Assembly (NCBI RefSeq): GCF_006345805.1
Contig: NC_042998.1
Span: 186,620,001 to 186,684,000, forward strand
Direction: 5' to 3'
Source of the DNA: Octopus sinensis
Taxonomy: Eukaryota
DNA length: 64,000 bases
Below are positions 12,110 through 24,032 of the stretch, piece by piece. A model generated the notes under the pieces. It ran no database searches and was not told the origin of the DNA. It worked only from the letters and a program-made list of their open reading frames with translations. Position numbers and translations under genes: made by a program. How positions within the stretch are numbered: position 1 is the first letter of the stretch; each line of letters starts with the position of its first letter.

Positions 12110-12876
12110 TATTCATTTCTACTCTAGGCACAAGGCCCGGAATTTTGGGGTAGTGGGGCAGTCGATTAAATCGACCCCAGTACGCAACTGGTCCTTAATT
12201 TATCGACTCCGGAAGGATGAAAGGCAAAGTCGACCTCGGCGGAATTTGAACTCAAATCGTAACGGCAGACGAAATACCTATTTCTTTACTGCCCACAAGG
12301 GGCTAAACATAGAAGGGACAAACAAGGATAGACAAAGGGATTAAGTCGATTATATCGCCCCCCCCCCCAGTGTGTAACTGGTACTTAGTTTATCGACCCC
12401 GAAAGGATGAAAGGCAAAGTCGACCTTGGCGGAATTTGAACTCAGTGCGTAAAGACAGACGAAATACCTATTTCTTTACTACCCACAAGGGGCTAAACAC
12501 AGAGAGGACAAAAGTGGACAGACAAACGGATTAAGTCGTTTATATTGACTCCAGTGCGTAACTGGTACTTATTTAATCGACCCCGAAAGGATGAAAAGCA
12601 AAGTCGACCTCGACGGAATTTGACCACAGAACGTAGCGAGAGACGAAATACCCATTTCTTTACTACCCACAAGGGGCTAAACATAGAAGGGACAAACACG
12701 ACAGACATAGGTATTAAGTCGATTATATCGACCCCAGTGCTTAACTGGTACTTAGTTTATCGACCCCGAAAGGATGAACGGCAAAATCGACCTCGACGGA
12801 ATTTGAACTCACGGCAGACGAAATACCGCTAAGTATTTCGCCCGGTTTGCTAACAATTCTGCCAGCTCGCCGCCTT
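12110..12876 (-). mobile_element. SINE family A head plus four tandem body units
   Basis: Three internal junctions reading GACGAAATACC(T/C)ATTTC on the plus strand; the last unit carries tail type ii. Confidence 0.92.
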
Positions 12877-13684
12877 ACAGTAACAACAACATTGATTTTA
12901 AACGGTAGGACTCACTGTAGTTTTGACCTCTTATATCAAGATCACACCTTATTTCATAAAACTCGAACAAAGCTTTTCTTAAACAAAACTTCATTTACAA
13001 ATATCTCTTCATATAATACGCTATGTACAACGCTCCCTTATGCTTAAGATAGTTGCTGACTGCAGGTGAAAACGTATACATTAGTATACACAAATGACTG
13101 TCATCACTTCCTGTAAAATGTAAGGTGTGTTAGCTTAGTCGAAAATGTATGAAATTAAACTGAAAATAGTTTCTCGATGAATACATTTATTCACTGTTGT
13201 CATGCATAAGTCTCTACATTCCTACTTCAGATCTTGAAATATTTCGTTAATTATTTGTATATAGTTTACAAAGCTAATACGTCAACTTTCCGGAAACTTT
13301 GGTTTCAAAGCCTTTCCGAATAACTGATTTTTCCAAATTTGGGATTGTCACCCTGGTCAACGCGCTCTAAATTAAACAAATGTCAAATTTACTTACTAAT
13401 TCAATGAAATACAGGTATTGTTACATTAGTAGAAATTAGTGTAGATTATAAGAGAGAGGCTCCGAATGTTCCGTATCATCAGTTTGCGGTATCAACTAAA
13501 TACGAGACACGTTCACACATACGTACATTCGTACGTCGGTGGTGTAGGTAATAGGGGGAACAAGGGGAGCGACCAGCCCCAATATTGCTGGACTTGTGCC
13601 AAAATTTGAAACCAATATTAATAGTTAGGTACGAATGTTTTCTTTTTTTTTATGCGGTGCCGTTTTTACAATCCTGTAAATAAT

Positions 13685-14153
13685 AATAATAGTATTTTTA
13701 TATAAGCTTAAAGTTTAAGGCGATCGCCGTGCAATGACTAAAGAAAATAGTCTAACATAGGGGCATATAAGCTCCCGACAGAAAAAAGAAGGCTTTCCTA
13801 TCCACGTGGGAGTCGAATCCACATCCCTTTGTTAACGCGACTAAGTGTATTACCGTTACACCAGCAAATCAGCCTCCCTTTTCTTGCCAAATTTAAGAGC
13901 CATAACAGTTCGTATTTGCTTTTCTATATGTTTTCGGTGCGAATGGTTTTTTATATGGCGGGAGGCTGATTCGCTGGTGTAAAGGTAACACACTTAGTTG
14001 CGTTAACAAAGGGATGTGGGTTCGACTCCCACGTAGATAGGAAAGCCTTCTTTTTTTCTGTCGAGAGCTTATATGCCCCTTTATTAGACTATTTTCCTTA
14101 GTCATTGCACGGTAATCACCATAAGCTTTAAGCTTATATAAAATACCATTGTT
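13685..14153. repeat. Inverted repeat (194-bp arms, 81-bp spacer), each arm with a tRNA-like unit and T-run
   Basis: Arms 13685-13878 and 13960-14153, about 90% identical by hand alignment. Confidence 0.92.
13968..14040 (+). ncRNA. tRNA-like Pol III unit (not a canonical tRNA); mirror copy at about 13799-13870 on minus
   Basis: D-stem GTGT/ACAC, T-arm GTGGG-TTCGACT-CCCAC, A box TGGTGTAAAGG, T7 at 14051-14057; irregular anticodon arm. Confidence 0.55.
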
Positions 14154-15081
14154 GTGCAAGAATGGCCAGTATAAATGGACCAATTCTGAGGTTTCGCCTG
14201 TAATTGAAAAATTTATTATAAAAGGAGAAAGGGGCTCTCTACCCACCTTTTGACCAGGCTCCCGTGGCTTTTATGGGTTTTTCCACGTGAGACCTTTTCT
14301 TTTTTCGAAGCGTCTCCTCTATTGGGAGTTTTTCGTTGTTAAAATTTTTCACAAACGGACAAAACCTTTTGTAACCTTTCGTCCTGTTTTGTCCCTTTAT
14401 GTTTTCCAATCATATTTGTCAGCCCTTGTGGCCAATAAAAAGAATTATTATTATTAATAGTTAGGTAAAGAAAAATTATTTCGAAGTAAATGCCAGAAGA
14501 GAGCAGTTTTAAAAAGGCCGGATTGGTTTAGTTCAATATCAAGCGAGTTAAACACAAGATGACAAATGGGTGGGGAGAGTAGGCGAGGCGAGTAAGTCTA
14601 AGTGGAAGTGTTATAAAAATTTAAGTGGGGGGTGTTAGACAGTCACCATATTAAATAAAACGAAAAGTAATATCATTTGTAACAGTTGAGAAGACACAAA
14701 CTGACGGTAGGCAAATGATCGGAGGGGTGTGAGCGTTTTTAATATCTTCGTTTATTCTTTCACTTGTTTCAGTCATTGGACTACGGGGTTGGTGGGGGAG
14801 GAGCCACTTTAAAAGGTTTTAGTCGAAAAAAATCGACACCAGTGCCTCGATACATGTGTGCGCATGTGTGTGTGTACGCGTGCGCGCGTGTGAGAGAGTG
14901 AGATTGTTTAAACGCCTGCTCTTACTCAGCTTCTCAGAATCTTACTTTCTCTCTCCCTCCCTCCCACTCTTCGTCTGTCTCGCTACCTATCCTTCTCTCT
15001 GCCTATGTATCTTTCTCCATTCGAGTTATTTCCTTTATCGTGACACGAAAGGTAGGTAGGAACGTACTATTGTATTTGATA

Positions 15082-15478
15082 CTAGCAGTATCGCCCGGCG
15101 TTGCTCGGGTTTGTAAGGGAAATAACTATATAAGCATTTTTAGAGATGTAAAGTATAATAGCCATCTCAATATGGCTAACCACAAAGAGGGGGGTGTTAC
15201 TGTAGCTTTTTACGTTCTGAGATTTAATAATAAATTTTTAGAGAGTTACTTTCCTTATATATGCCAAAAATGCATTAAAAATGGGAAAAATTGATGGTAA
15301 ATATTATTTTAAATCGTAGGCTCATCGTAGACGCGCGCTAATACCCAGAAGGGCTCGATATGAATCACGACTATAAGATACCCGGTTTTGGTTAAACTGC
15401 ACCGCAAAATGTGGGAGTAGTTAGGAATCTAAATCGTAGGAGACAGACAGCACACAACCTCTCTTTTATATATAAAGA
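15082..15478 (-). mobile_element. Non-autonomous Helitron
   Basis: A|TC...CTAG|T on the minus strand, same 3' hairpin as 4808-5209. Confidence 0.88.
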
Positions 15479-15734
15479 TATTATAGATATAACACAGCTC
15501 TGAGATAATGCGACTTAACAGAATGGTTGGTAAGAGAACTGATGGAGTAACAAAAATTTGATATACATTATGAATGTATAGTATATGAATGAATTAAATC
15601 CATATGAAAAATAATTTCATATATTGCCCTAAAATAGTTTGGAGGGTGCTATTTTGGAGTGTGATTTACAATTTAACAGAAGATCACTTTAAGTTACTTT
15701 TTAGTTTACTTTTCAATTTCTAATACCCGTTAAA

Positions 15735-15935
15735 ATGTTGGCTAAAGATTTTTACGATGTGATGAGTGACGAGACGAAGACAGTTCCATTTTTACGAAGA
15801 AATAACCTTTTAGATGATGGAGAAAACGTTGCACCATGTCATTGTTGTGGTGGAGAAATGAAGGAAGCTCGAAGAGAAAGGAAAAACGGTGAAATTTTGC
15901 CAACTTTACGTTGCAAAACTGGCGCCTGTCAAACT
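15735..15935 (+). pseudogene. Merlin/IS1595-like transposase N-terminal zinc-ribbon fragment
   Basis: ...LRRNNLL...PCHCCGGEMKE...LRCKTGACQT, then homology is lost. Confidence 0.6.
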
Positions 15936-16122
15936 TGTGTGATCTACGCGCTTATTTCAAGTATCATATTATTTTATTCTTGGTTTCTTCTTATCATTTA
16001 CTAAAACATGAATGAAACATGGTATTATTATTATTATCAAAATAGTAAGAATTTTGAAAAAATACAATGTAAAGTATGCACAAAAGAATTTATAAAGAAA
16101 TTTAAAAATTGAAACGTGAACT

Positions 16123-16508
16123 GGTGGAAGCACTCCGTCGGTTACGGCGATGAGGGTTCCGGTTGATCCGATCAACGGAACAGCCTGCTCGTGAAATTAA
16201 CGTTTAAGTGGCTGAGCACTCCACAGACACATGTACCCTTAACGTAGTTCTCGGGGATATTCAGCGTGACACAGAGAGTGACAAGGCCGGCCCTTTGAAA
16301 TACAGGTACAACAGAAACAGGAAGTAAGAGTGAGAGAAAGTTGTGGTGAAAGAGTACGGCAGGGATCACCACCATCCCTTGCCGGAGGCTCGTGGAGCTT
16401 TAGGTGTTTTCGCTCAATAAACACTCACAACGCCCGGTCTGGGAATCGAAACCGCGATCCTACGACCGCGAGTCCGCTGCCTTAACCACTGGGCCATTGC
16501 GCCTCCAC
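16123..16508 (-). mobile_element. tRNA-SINE family B, full length
   Basis: tRNA head GCGCAATGGCCCAGTGGTTAAGG...GGTTTCGATTCCC; TSD AAACGTGAACT at 16112-16122 and 16509-16519. Confidence 0.92.
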
Positions 16509-16608
16509 AAACGTGAACTAAAAGTAATCTAATATAATCTTCCTTTAAATTGTAGATCACACGTCAAAGCAGCACCGTTTGGAGATGATTAACTTTTAAG
16601 TAACATCA

Positions 16609-17008
16609 GTGGATGTGTGGTAAGTAGCTTGCTTACCAACCACATGGTTCAGGGTTCAGTCCCACTGCGTGGCACTTTGGGCAAGTGTCTTCTACTATAG
16701 CCTCAGGCCGACCAAAGCCTTGTGAGTGGATTTGGTAGACGGAAACTGAAAGAAGCCCGTCGTATATATGTATATATATATATATGTGCGTGTATGTTTG
16801 TGTGTCTGTGTTTGTCCCCCCAGCATTGCTTGACAACAGATGCTGGTGTGTTTATGTCCCCGTCACTTAGCGGTTCGGCAAAAGAGACCGATAGAATAAG
16901 TACTGGGCTTACAAAGAATAAATCCTGGGGTCGATTTGCTCGACTAAAGGCGGTGCTCCAGCATGGCCGCAGTCAAATGACTGAAACAAGTAAAAGTGTA
17001 AAAGAGTA
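16609..17008 (+). mobile_element. tRNA-SINE family C (CORE-like) with internal microsatellite
   Basis: GGCACTTTGGGCAAGTGTCTTC CORE-like motif; (TA/TG)n after GAAGCCCGTCG; shared 3' half. Confidence 0.88.
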
Positions 17009-17660
17009 TCAGGTAAAATTAATGGTTGAAGATCACAATTACCACACTGTTGGACCAGTAAGGCAGTCAGAAACACGTATACTATTTCAGATTGTTTATA
17101 TAGCAAGATTTGTCAATCAATGACCGAGAAAAATTAGTGGTACCTAGTGTAGAGAGGAGTCCTGTCATTTTTCTCGTTTGCTAATAGTAAAGTGTAACAC
17201 TGACCAAATGTATAATTGCAACCTGTGCCCTATATCAATTCGTTATCAATCAGTTTTCCTTATTGAGAAGAAACAGTCAAAAGTAGCCACCACATACAAT
17301 CACCAAACATCTCTACTACTTAACACCGTACAAGTTAACCCTCTTCACCTTTACAGCTAACATGAAAAATTACTAATAAAGCGAAAAAGAGAAAAAAATT
17401 GATTGCTATTAAAACGCGTCAAATTTTGGGGTTAATAATATTAATCTTTAGTTACAGTTTCTCATTCAAACTACATAATAGGCAGAATTGTCTGATTAAG
17501 ACAGTAGGGTGTTTTGAGGGAGATTTGGCTGATATTTCTAAAGGGTCTAGCTACCATGTAGAGGTCCCCATCACTGGCTCATACGTACATACATACATAC
17601 ATACATACATACATACATACATACATACATACATACATACATACATACATACATACATAA

Positions 17661-17694
<34 letters not shown>

Positions 17695-17893
17695 CATACA
17701 TAAAATCGAAATAAAATACTTAAAGCAACAATCGTCAAATAAAAAGCCAAGGTCTATGCAGTGTCATGGGCCAAAAAAATTTCCAGCCTCTTGCCTAATG
17801 CGAGCCTAGAGCAATCTTTTATCTCACACTATTCCAGTATTACGTCTCTATTGTAATGTGAGATAATACTTTCAGTTTGAAAGAAGTCTGTCC

Positions 17894-17967
<74 letters not shown>

Positions 17968-18301
17968 AACACACACACACACACACATTCCTTATACATT
18001 CCAAAATCGAATTACAGATTTTGACGTATGGGGTATCAAAAGATGCAGTACTATTCCGGCTACAAATGAAACTTAATTTCCATTCACATATTTGCATTTC
18101 AAAAATTTAACATTATAATCTTTTCCATAAATCAACTATCGTAAACATTTTATACGATGACATAACATTTTCTATATGCGTGTGCATATAGACATCAATC
18201 ATCACGACACACACCTTCACTCACTCTATCTCTCTTTTTCACTCTGTTTCTCTCTCACACACACAATCGCGCGCGCACACGCACACACACGCACACACAC
18301 A

Positions 18302-18360
<59 letters not shown>

Positions 18361-18534
18361 CCATTTCATATAGACGTACACACATCTTTCACTTTCTTTT
18401 TCTTTCCTTTTCGCTTATTGTGTTATTAAGGTTCGTTATCCATTAATTACCCTTATTGAGAAGAAACAGTCCAGGTCTATGAAAACTCGTAAAATTTTGA
18501 GGTTAATTTTCTCAATATACTTTTTGTTCACACT

Positions 18535-18945
18535 GGATTTTTTCGGTTCGAACGGCAGTTTTTTCTAGCGATGTCATATGAAATTGTCACCCATAATTAT
18601 GACCCTAGTATCGATCTATTGCATTTCAATCTGTTTTAGGGTTAGGGGTGGGGGAAGGGTATCTTTTTTTCTTCAGAAATGTAAATAAACCCAATCTGTT
18701 TCTTAAACGAGGCACATATTCATACGGCACAGAATGTTTTCCACCTCAATAGACGTCATTGATTGGTTGAAATTGCAGAAATTGAAGAAAAAACAACAAC
18801 AAATATCTTACAAACTATAGAATTTTCTCAATAAAGCCAAGAGAAAAATATGTTTTATAAACACATTCTACAGTATACGAAGTTGAAAAGTGTTTAGTTA
18901 CGTGGAAATTATTTTAAAAAAGTGCCGTTCAAACTGAAAAGATCC
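18535..18945 (-). mobile_element. Merlin-like MITE (same family as 3345-3772)
   Basis: TIRs present; TSD TTCACACT/TCCACACT at 18527-18534 and 18946-18953. Confidence 0.85.
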
Positions 18946-18953
18946 TCCACACT

Positions 18954-19895
18954 TACCGGATTCTTCAACCTTTGCAGTTCTGACTCTTTTGCGAGAACCC
19001 TTCTTTTTGCGGAGGTGCCTACATTATACACAAGGAATTATTCTTCCCGCTGTTGGCAAAAAAGAAAGCGAGGACGTATTTCACAAAGGGATCCTTCAAT
19101 GCGTAAAGCTGATGTCCTCTCAAGAGTGCACACAGTCCATCCGCTCAAATCAGAAACCTTTCACCTCCGTCTTCTTTTGCACGTTATCACAGGTCCGACT
19201 GGCAAGGATGATCTTCGCCCCATCAACGGCAATATTTGTTCATTATTTAAAGAGACCTGCTCCAAATTAGGTCTTCTTGACAACGATGATCAATATGATC
19301 ATACCCTCTACGAGGCATCCACTTTGAAGTCACCAAAAGCTCTTCGCAAGCCTTTTGCCGTTATGCCGGTGTTCTGCCGCCTTCAAAATCCTCAATCTTT
19401 ATGGGATAGATACCGTGACAGCATGTGTCTCGACATTCTTATGCAATACCGTTTCGGATCCTCAAACATGAATTTGCAGTTTACACTAGTAATGTACAAC
19501 TGCGGTCTGATGTTTCTAGAAGATACAACTTTGCAAATAAGTGGTCTTCCTTTGAAGAACTACTATGTCGAGTCCCCTAAACGAGAAAATGAGGCTGTTT
19601 GTAACCGCTACCTACTTAAGAGAAACATGCTATGATGCTTCGAGTCTTCTGTCCTACGTTCAGGGATGACAACACCGGTTGAATCCCGAACAAGCTGATG
19701 TCTACACTTTTGTTTCATCAATGCTTGAAGACAGCAATGGTGGTATCGTCTTCCTTGATCCGCCAGGTGGCACAGGAAAGACATTTCTACTCAACTTCCT
19801 TCTTGCCAAAGTTCGCCAACGTGGGCAAATAGCCATTGCAATGGTGTCTTCTGGAATAGCAGCCACGCTGTTAGACGGCAGTAGAACAGTCCATT
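18954..19895 (+). pseudogene. Helitron RepHel fragment reaching the PIF1-type helicase Walker A
   Basis: TLTGFF...VHTVHP...FHLRLLL...LGLLDND; after a frame break LDPPGGTGKTFLL and SSGIAATLLDGSRTVHS. Confidence 0.9.
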
Positions 19896-20780
19896 CAACA
19901 ACTCCATACAACCACCAAACATCTCCACAACTTAACACCATCCGAGTTAACCCTCTGTACCTATACAAACCGTCCAATGGACGGGGTGGGCATTTGCTAG
20001 TTATATATAAACGGATACAAAGGATACGGCTTGATCCCTGTTGACTTCAGAGTGAGGGAAATGGAAATTGTGAGATTTTCTCGAGACGCTAAGAACATAG
20101 GATAGCTTAAAAATCTCATAGCTGATGAACTCTTTCTTTCTCTCTCCCCCCTCTCTCTTTCTTTCTCTCTCCCTCCCTTTCTCCCCCTCTCTCTCCCCCT
20201 CTCTCTCTCCAGACTAAAGTTAAAATTAAAAAACAAACCATGACATTTAAGCCCAGAGATTTTTTTAAGCAATTCACTTTTACTTGGCCTGACGATTTCT
20301 TCTGATGAGTCACAATGTTCGTTTATTATAGAAAGGGGAAATGATATAATCATTAACATAATATACCTTATGTTTTGCTTGTGTTTAATTATATCAGCAT
20401 TAAGTGCTGGAGACGAAATGCTAAACAGTTTCGTTTCGTTTTTAATCTCACTCTTGTCATTTTGCTCAACTTACTCTTCTTACTTGAAATGTCCAGCTAT
20501 AGGGAATAGTATAAAATAAAAGGGGAGAGAGGGAAAAAGTGAGGTCATTGATGTTTAATCCTGAGTCAATCTTAATGGAATAAACCTTAGATCTAAGACG
20601 TTCCAGCTGTGTCCATCCTGTTTTTTTTAATATATATCAAGGCTTTCCTTGTTAAAAGTGTCATTCTATTTCCAAGTCACTATGAGAAGATTTGAAGATT
20701 TGGCTGTTATTTCAGGCAGTTTGACTAAATATGTAGAGCTTCTCTCATTGGCTTGAAAACAGTGGGATATATATATATAT

Positions 20781-20957
20781 ATAATTAATAAGAGGAATGA
20801 CCACTAAAGTGGATTCCTATACGCTAGAGATAGATGTCAAATCGCCTTACCACAAAGAGTGTGTTCTCTGAGAACACACTCTTTGTGGTAAGGTGATTTG
20901 ATGTCTATCTCTATCGTTTAGGAATCCACTTTAGTGGTCATTCCTCTTATTAATTGT
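20781..20957. repeat. Near-perfect palindrome / foldback MITE adjoining a (TA)n tract
   Basis: Centre GTGTTCTC-T-GAGAACAC at 20869; a single arm recurs at 46407-46492. Confidence 0.92.
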
Positions 20958-21522
20958 AATATAATTTTTAAATCCTCGTATTTTTTTTAATATGCTAGAC
21001 CACTGGTTTAAATTGATGTTAATTGATTGATATCATTTTCTACCCTCATTATTTTAATTTATATATATATGTATATATATATACATGTGTGTGTGTGTGT
21101 GTGCGTGTGTGTGAGGTTGTTCTCAAATGTTACTGATACAATGTAACCCTCTAAAGCCTGTCACATTGCCGGGTCATTGGGCAATTAAACTGGCAACCCC
21201 ACCAAACTTGCTTGGTGAGGAGGGTGATATTTGACAACCTATGGAATGAAAAACAAAACCTGTTAAAAGGCAAAGGAACTTGCAAGAGTCAATGGCCATT
21301 CAAATATGTGTATATATGTATATATATATATATACATGTGTTTGTGAATATACAACACTGCGGAACAATTCTGAACATAATATCTGTTGAGTTTGCTTTT
21401 TCTCTTGATTTAGACTTTTCAGTCAGTTTTCTTTTCATGTCAAGTTTTATTTCTACAGCTTACTCTCTGAATAAGCACAATGATATTGGTTGTCCATTTC
21501 AATGGTATTGTTTGTCCATTTC

Positions 21523-21760
21523 AAGGCAGCGAGCTAGCAGAAACGTTAGCACGCCGGGCGAAATGCGTAGCCCTATTTCGTCTGCCGTTACGTTGTGAGT
21601 TCAAATTCCGCCGAGGTCGACTTTGCCTTTCATCCTTTTGGGGTCGATAAATTAAGCACCAGTTACGCACTGGAGTCAATGTAATCGACTTAATCCACTT
21701 GTCTGTCCTTGTTTGTCCTCTCTGTGTTTAGCCCCTTCTGGGTAGTAAAGAAATAGGTAT
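21523..21760 (+). mobile_element. Full-length SINE family A, 16-bp TSD
   Basis: GGTATTGTTTGTCCAT at 21504-21519 and 21756-21771. Confidence 0.95.
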
Positions 21761-22159
21761 TGTTTGTCCATAAGTAATGGGGCTGTTCAGCTGCTTTTAT
21801 TATTTGATTAGTAACACAGAGGAATATTTTCACAAAAGTTTTTAGTTGTCTTGCTTTTTACAATTAGTCCTTCCTAATTACATGGTGCTGAGTTCAGAAA
21901 TGCCCTCAGAAATTTTCTATCACGTCAAGTTTTCTATTGAACAGAAATTCATTTTTTAGCAAAAAATGTCAATTTCATCATTAAATGCAATACTAGAATA
22001 AGAAACAAACACAGACTAAATAGTACTTTTTATTGTTTACGAACTATGTTAGTTAAAATGCTTAATTACACATCTTAGGATAGATAATTCTATCAAACTG
22101 GGGTTTCAACCACTCAAGGAGGGAACTTTCTCTTTGCTGCTGTGTGTGAATAACATGCA

Positions 22160-22730
22160 TCATAACAACCTCTTTGTAGAGACCAGCAGTAGTCAGCATC
22201 GTAATTGTGTTCCATCAGCTTTGACACTGAGTCTTCATAGTCACGATGCCTTAGTGGAATCTTTCTCTTTGCTCATCACTAATTGCACTTTGTTTTCAAG
22301 GATGTTGTCCAGACGACTGTGCAGGAAATACATTTTTACACTCATGTTGTGGCCCAGTGTTTGAAAACTGGTTAACAGGGTCTGTACAAGTTTTCCATAA
22401 TTTGCTGACTTCCGTTTTTCCAAGAAATCTGACACAACTGCAGCAATGACCACTTCCTCTGTGACCTGTCAAACACACCAAATCTTAATTTTCTCACAAG
22501 ACAAAGCTAAGTATTTGAAAGAGTCACTGTCTCTGTGTTTCAACATATGGCTTCAACTCATGTTTTACACACAATATGGGCTGCCCAAGCTTTGTTTTGA
22601 TCACCCAGCTTCATGCCAAATTAAGGTAAGCTTTATTCACAAGATCTGTGATTTTGTTTTGCTACCTAGGTAAAGTATAACATCCACAAATATAGCAGAA
22701 GACATCAGGGCAGTTTTGCATTTCCTTCTC
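22160..22730 (-). pseudogene. Chapaev3-like (CMC) transposase fossil with large internal deletion
   Basis: N-terminal PDVFCYICG...GDQNKAWAAHIVCK joined to C-terminal LGHNMSVKMYFLHS...SDEQ.ERFH...ADYCWSL; family name recalled from motifs. Confidence 0.72.
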
Positions 22731-22858
22731 TCACAACTGGCTATATTTCTGAAATATAAAACATATAATTCAAGTCAGTTGTCACCTGTGAAAAGCATTT
22801 TCAGAATTGTCAACATATATAAACTAAGTAAATGCAGATTTGTGATGAGCATACATAC

Positions 22859-23027
22859 CTATTTCTTTACTACCCACAAGGGGCTAAACACAGAGAGAAC
22901 AAACAACGACAGACAAACGGATTAAGTCGATTATATCGACCCCAGTGCGTAACTGGTACTTATTTAATCGACCCCAAAAAGGATGAAAAGCAAAGTCGAC
23001 CTCGGCGGAATTTGAACTCGGAACGCA
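22859..23027 (-). mobile_element. 5'-truncated SINE family A, 15-bp TSD
   Basis: GATGAGCATACATAC at 22844-22858 and 23028-23042. Confidence 0.93.
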
Positions 23028-24032
23028 GATGAGCATACATACAATGAAGTTCTTTCATCAGTTCTTTGACCACGCTTGACAAACGTGACCTTGACCCCCA
23101 TGACCTCACAATTAAAACATTAATGCCACATTCAAAATACCGGTTTTTATAAGAAATAGTTAAAGGTTCAACAAAACATGTTGCACTTGGTTTGCAATGA
23201 TAGTTATACTGAATCAAGCACAGCACAGGCATCTCTGGAGACAAATTCCACAAATATGAGACAAATATGAGGACCACAGAAATGTGTTGTTTATTATCAT
23301 TTAATTGTACAAAGGACATTTCTATCAACATCATGACATTTAAAACTGGTTAATTTGAAAATAGTGAAAGCTGCTGAAGTTTGATGCTTTTTATTTATTG
23401 ACGATACTTAAATAAAGACTTTTGCTTTCACTTTTGTAGTTGCATTTACTTTAAACAATATTGAAAAACTATGTTTTCAAAGTTTTGTCAAGCTCCTTGC
23501 ATAGGTCTGCATTTGATGAAGCCAAATCTATCCTAAGGACAATATATATTAATATATTGATATATATTAAAAAAAAAACAGGATGGGCACAGATGGAATG
23601 CCTTAGAGCTAAGGTTTATTCCATTAAGATTGACTCAGGATTAAACATCAATGGTGACAATACCAAAGATGTTGAAAAACAGACATCTGAATTTGGGTAA
23701 AATCTTGATGTGATAGAGCAAAATGGATTTTATTTTTGAAATCAGCATCCCCAAATTACCAGGAAACATGTCTGCAACACCCGACAATGGTAACCACATT
23801 CCCAATGAATTTTTAACCTTTCAACATTTTTAACTTTAAAAATTTCTTTTTTAGTAATTATATCTTATTTCATTTTGTGCTTCTTATTTTTATATATTGT
23901 GCATTGTTATTATTTTATCTTTTATTTTTAATTTTATTATCATTTTATTTTTTTTACTTATTTCAGTCATTAGAATGTGGCCATGCTGGAGCGTCACCTT
24001 GAAGAATTTTTAGTTGAACAAATTGACTCTAA

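Noticed and set aside
11253-12832. Recurrent 'MRNWYLIYRPRKDERQSRPRRNLNS' ORFs suggesting a peptide gene family
   Set aside because: Antisense translations of SINE family A, starting at GTG codons.
18922-18953. Start of the 237-aa ORF as a real initiation site
   Set aside because: The GTG lies within the MITE TIR; the Helitron homology is a truncated internal fragment.
23531-23697. Possible upstream exon in phase with the plus-strand chain
   Set aside because: About 95 bp of it (23558-23652) is a close inverted copy of repeat sequence at about 20545-20640, so it is repeat-derived.
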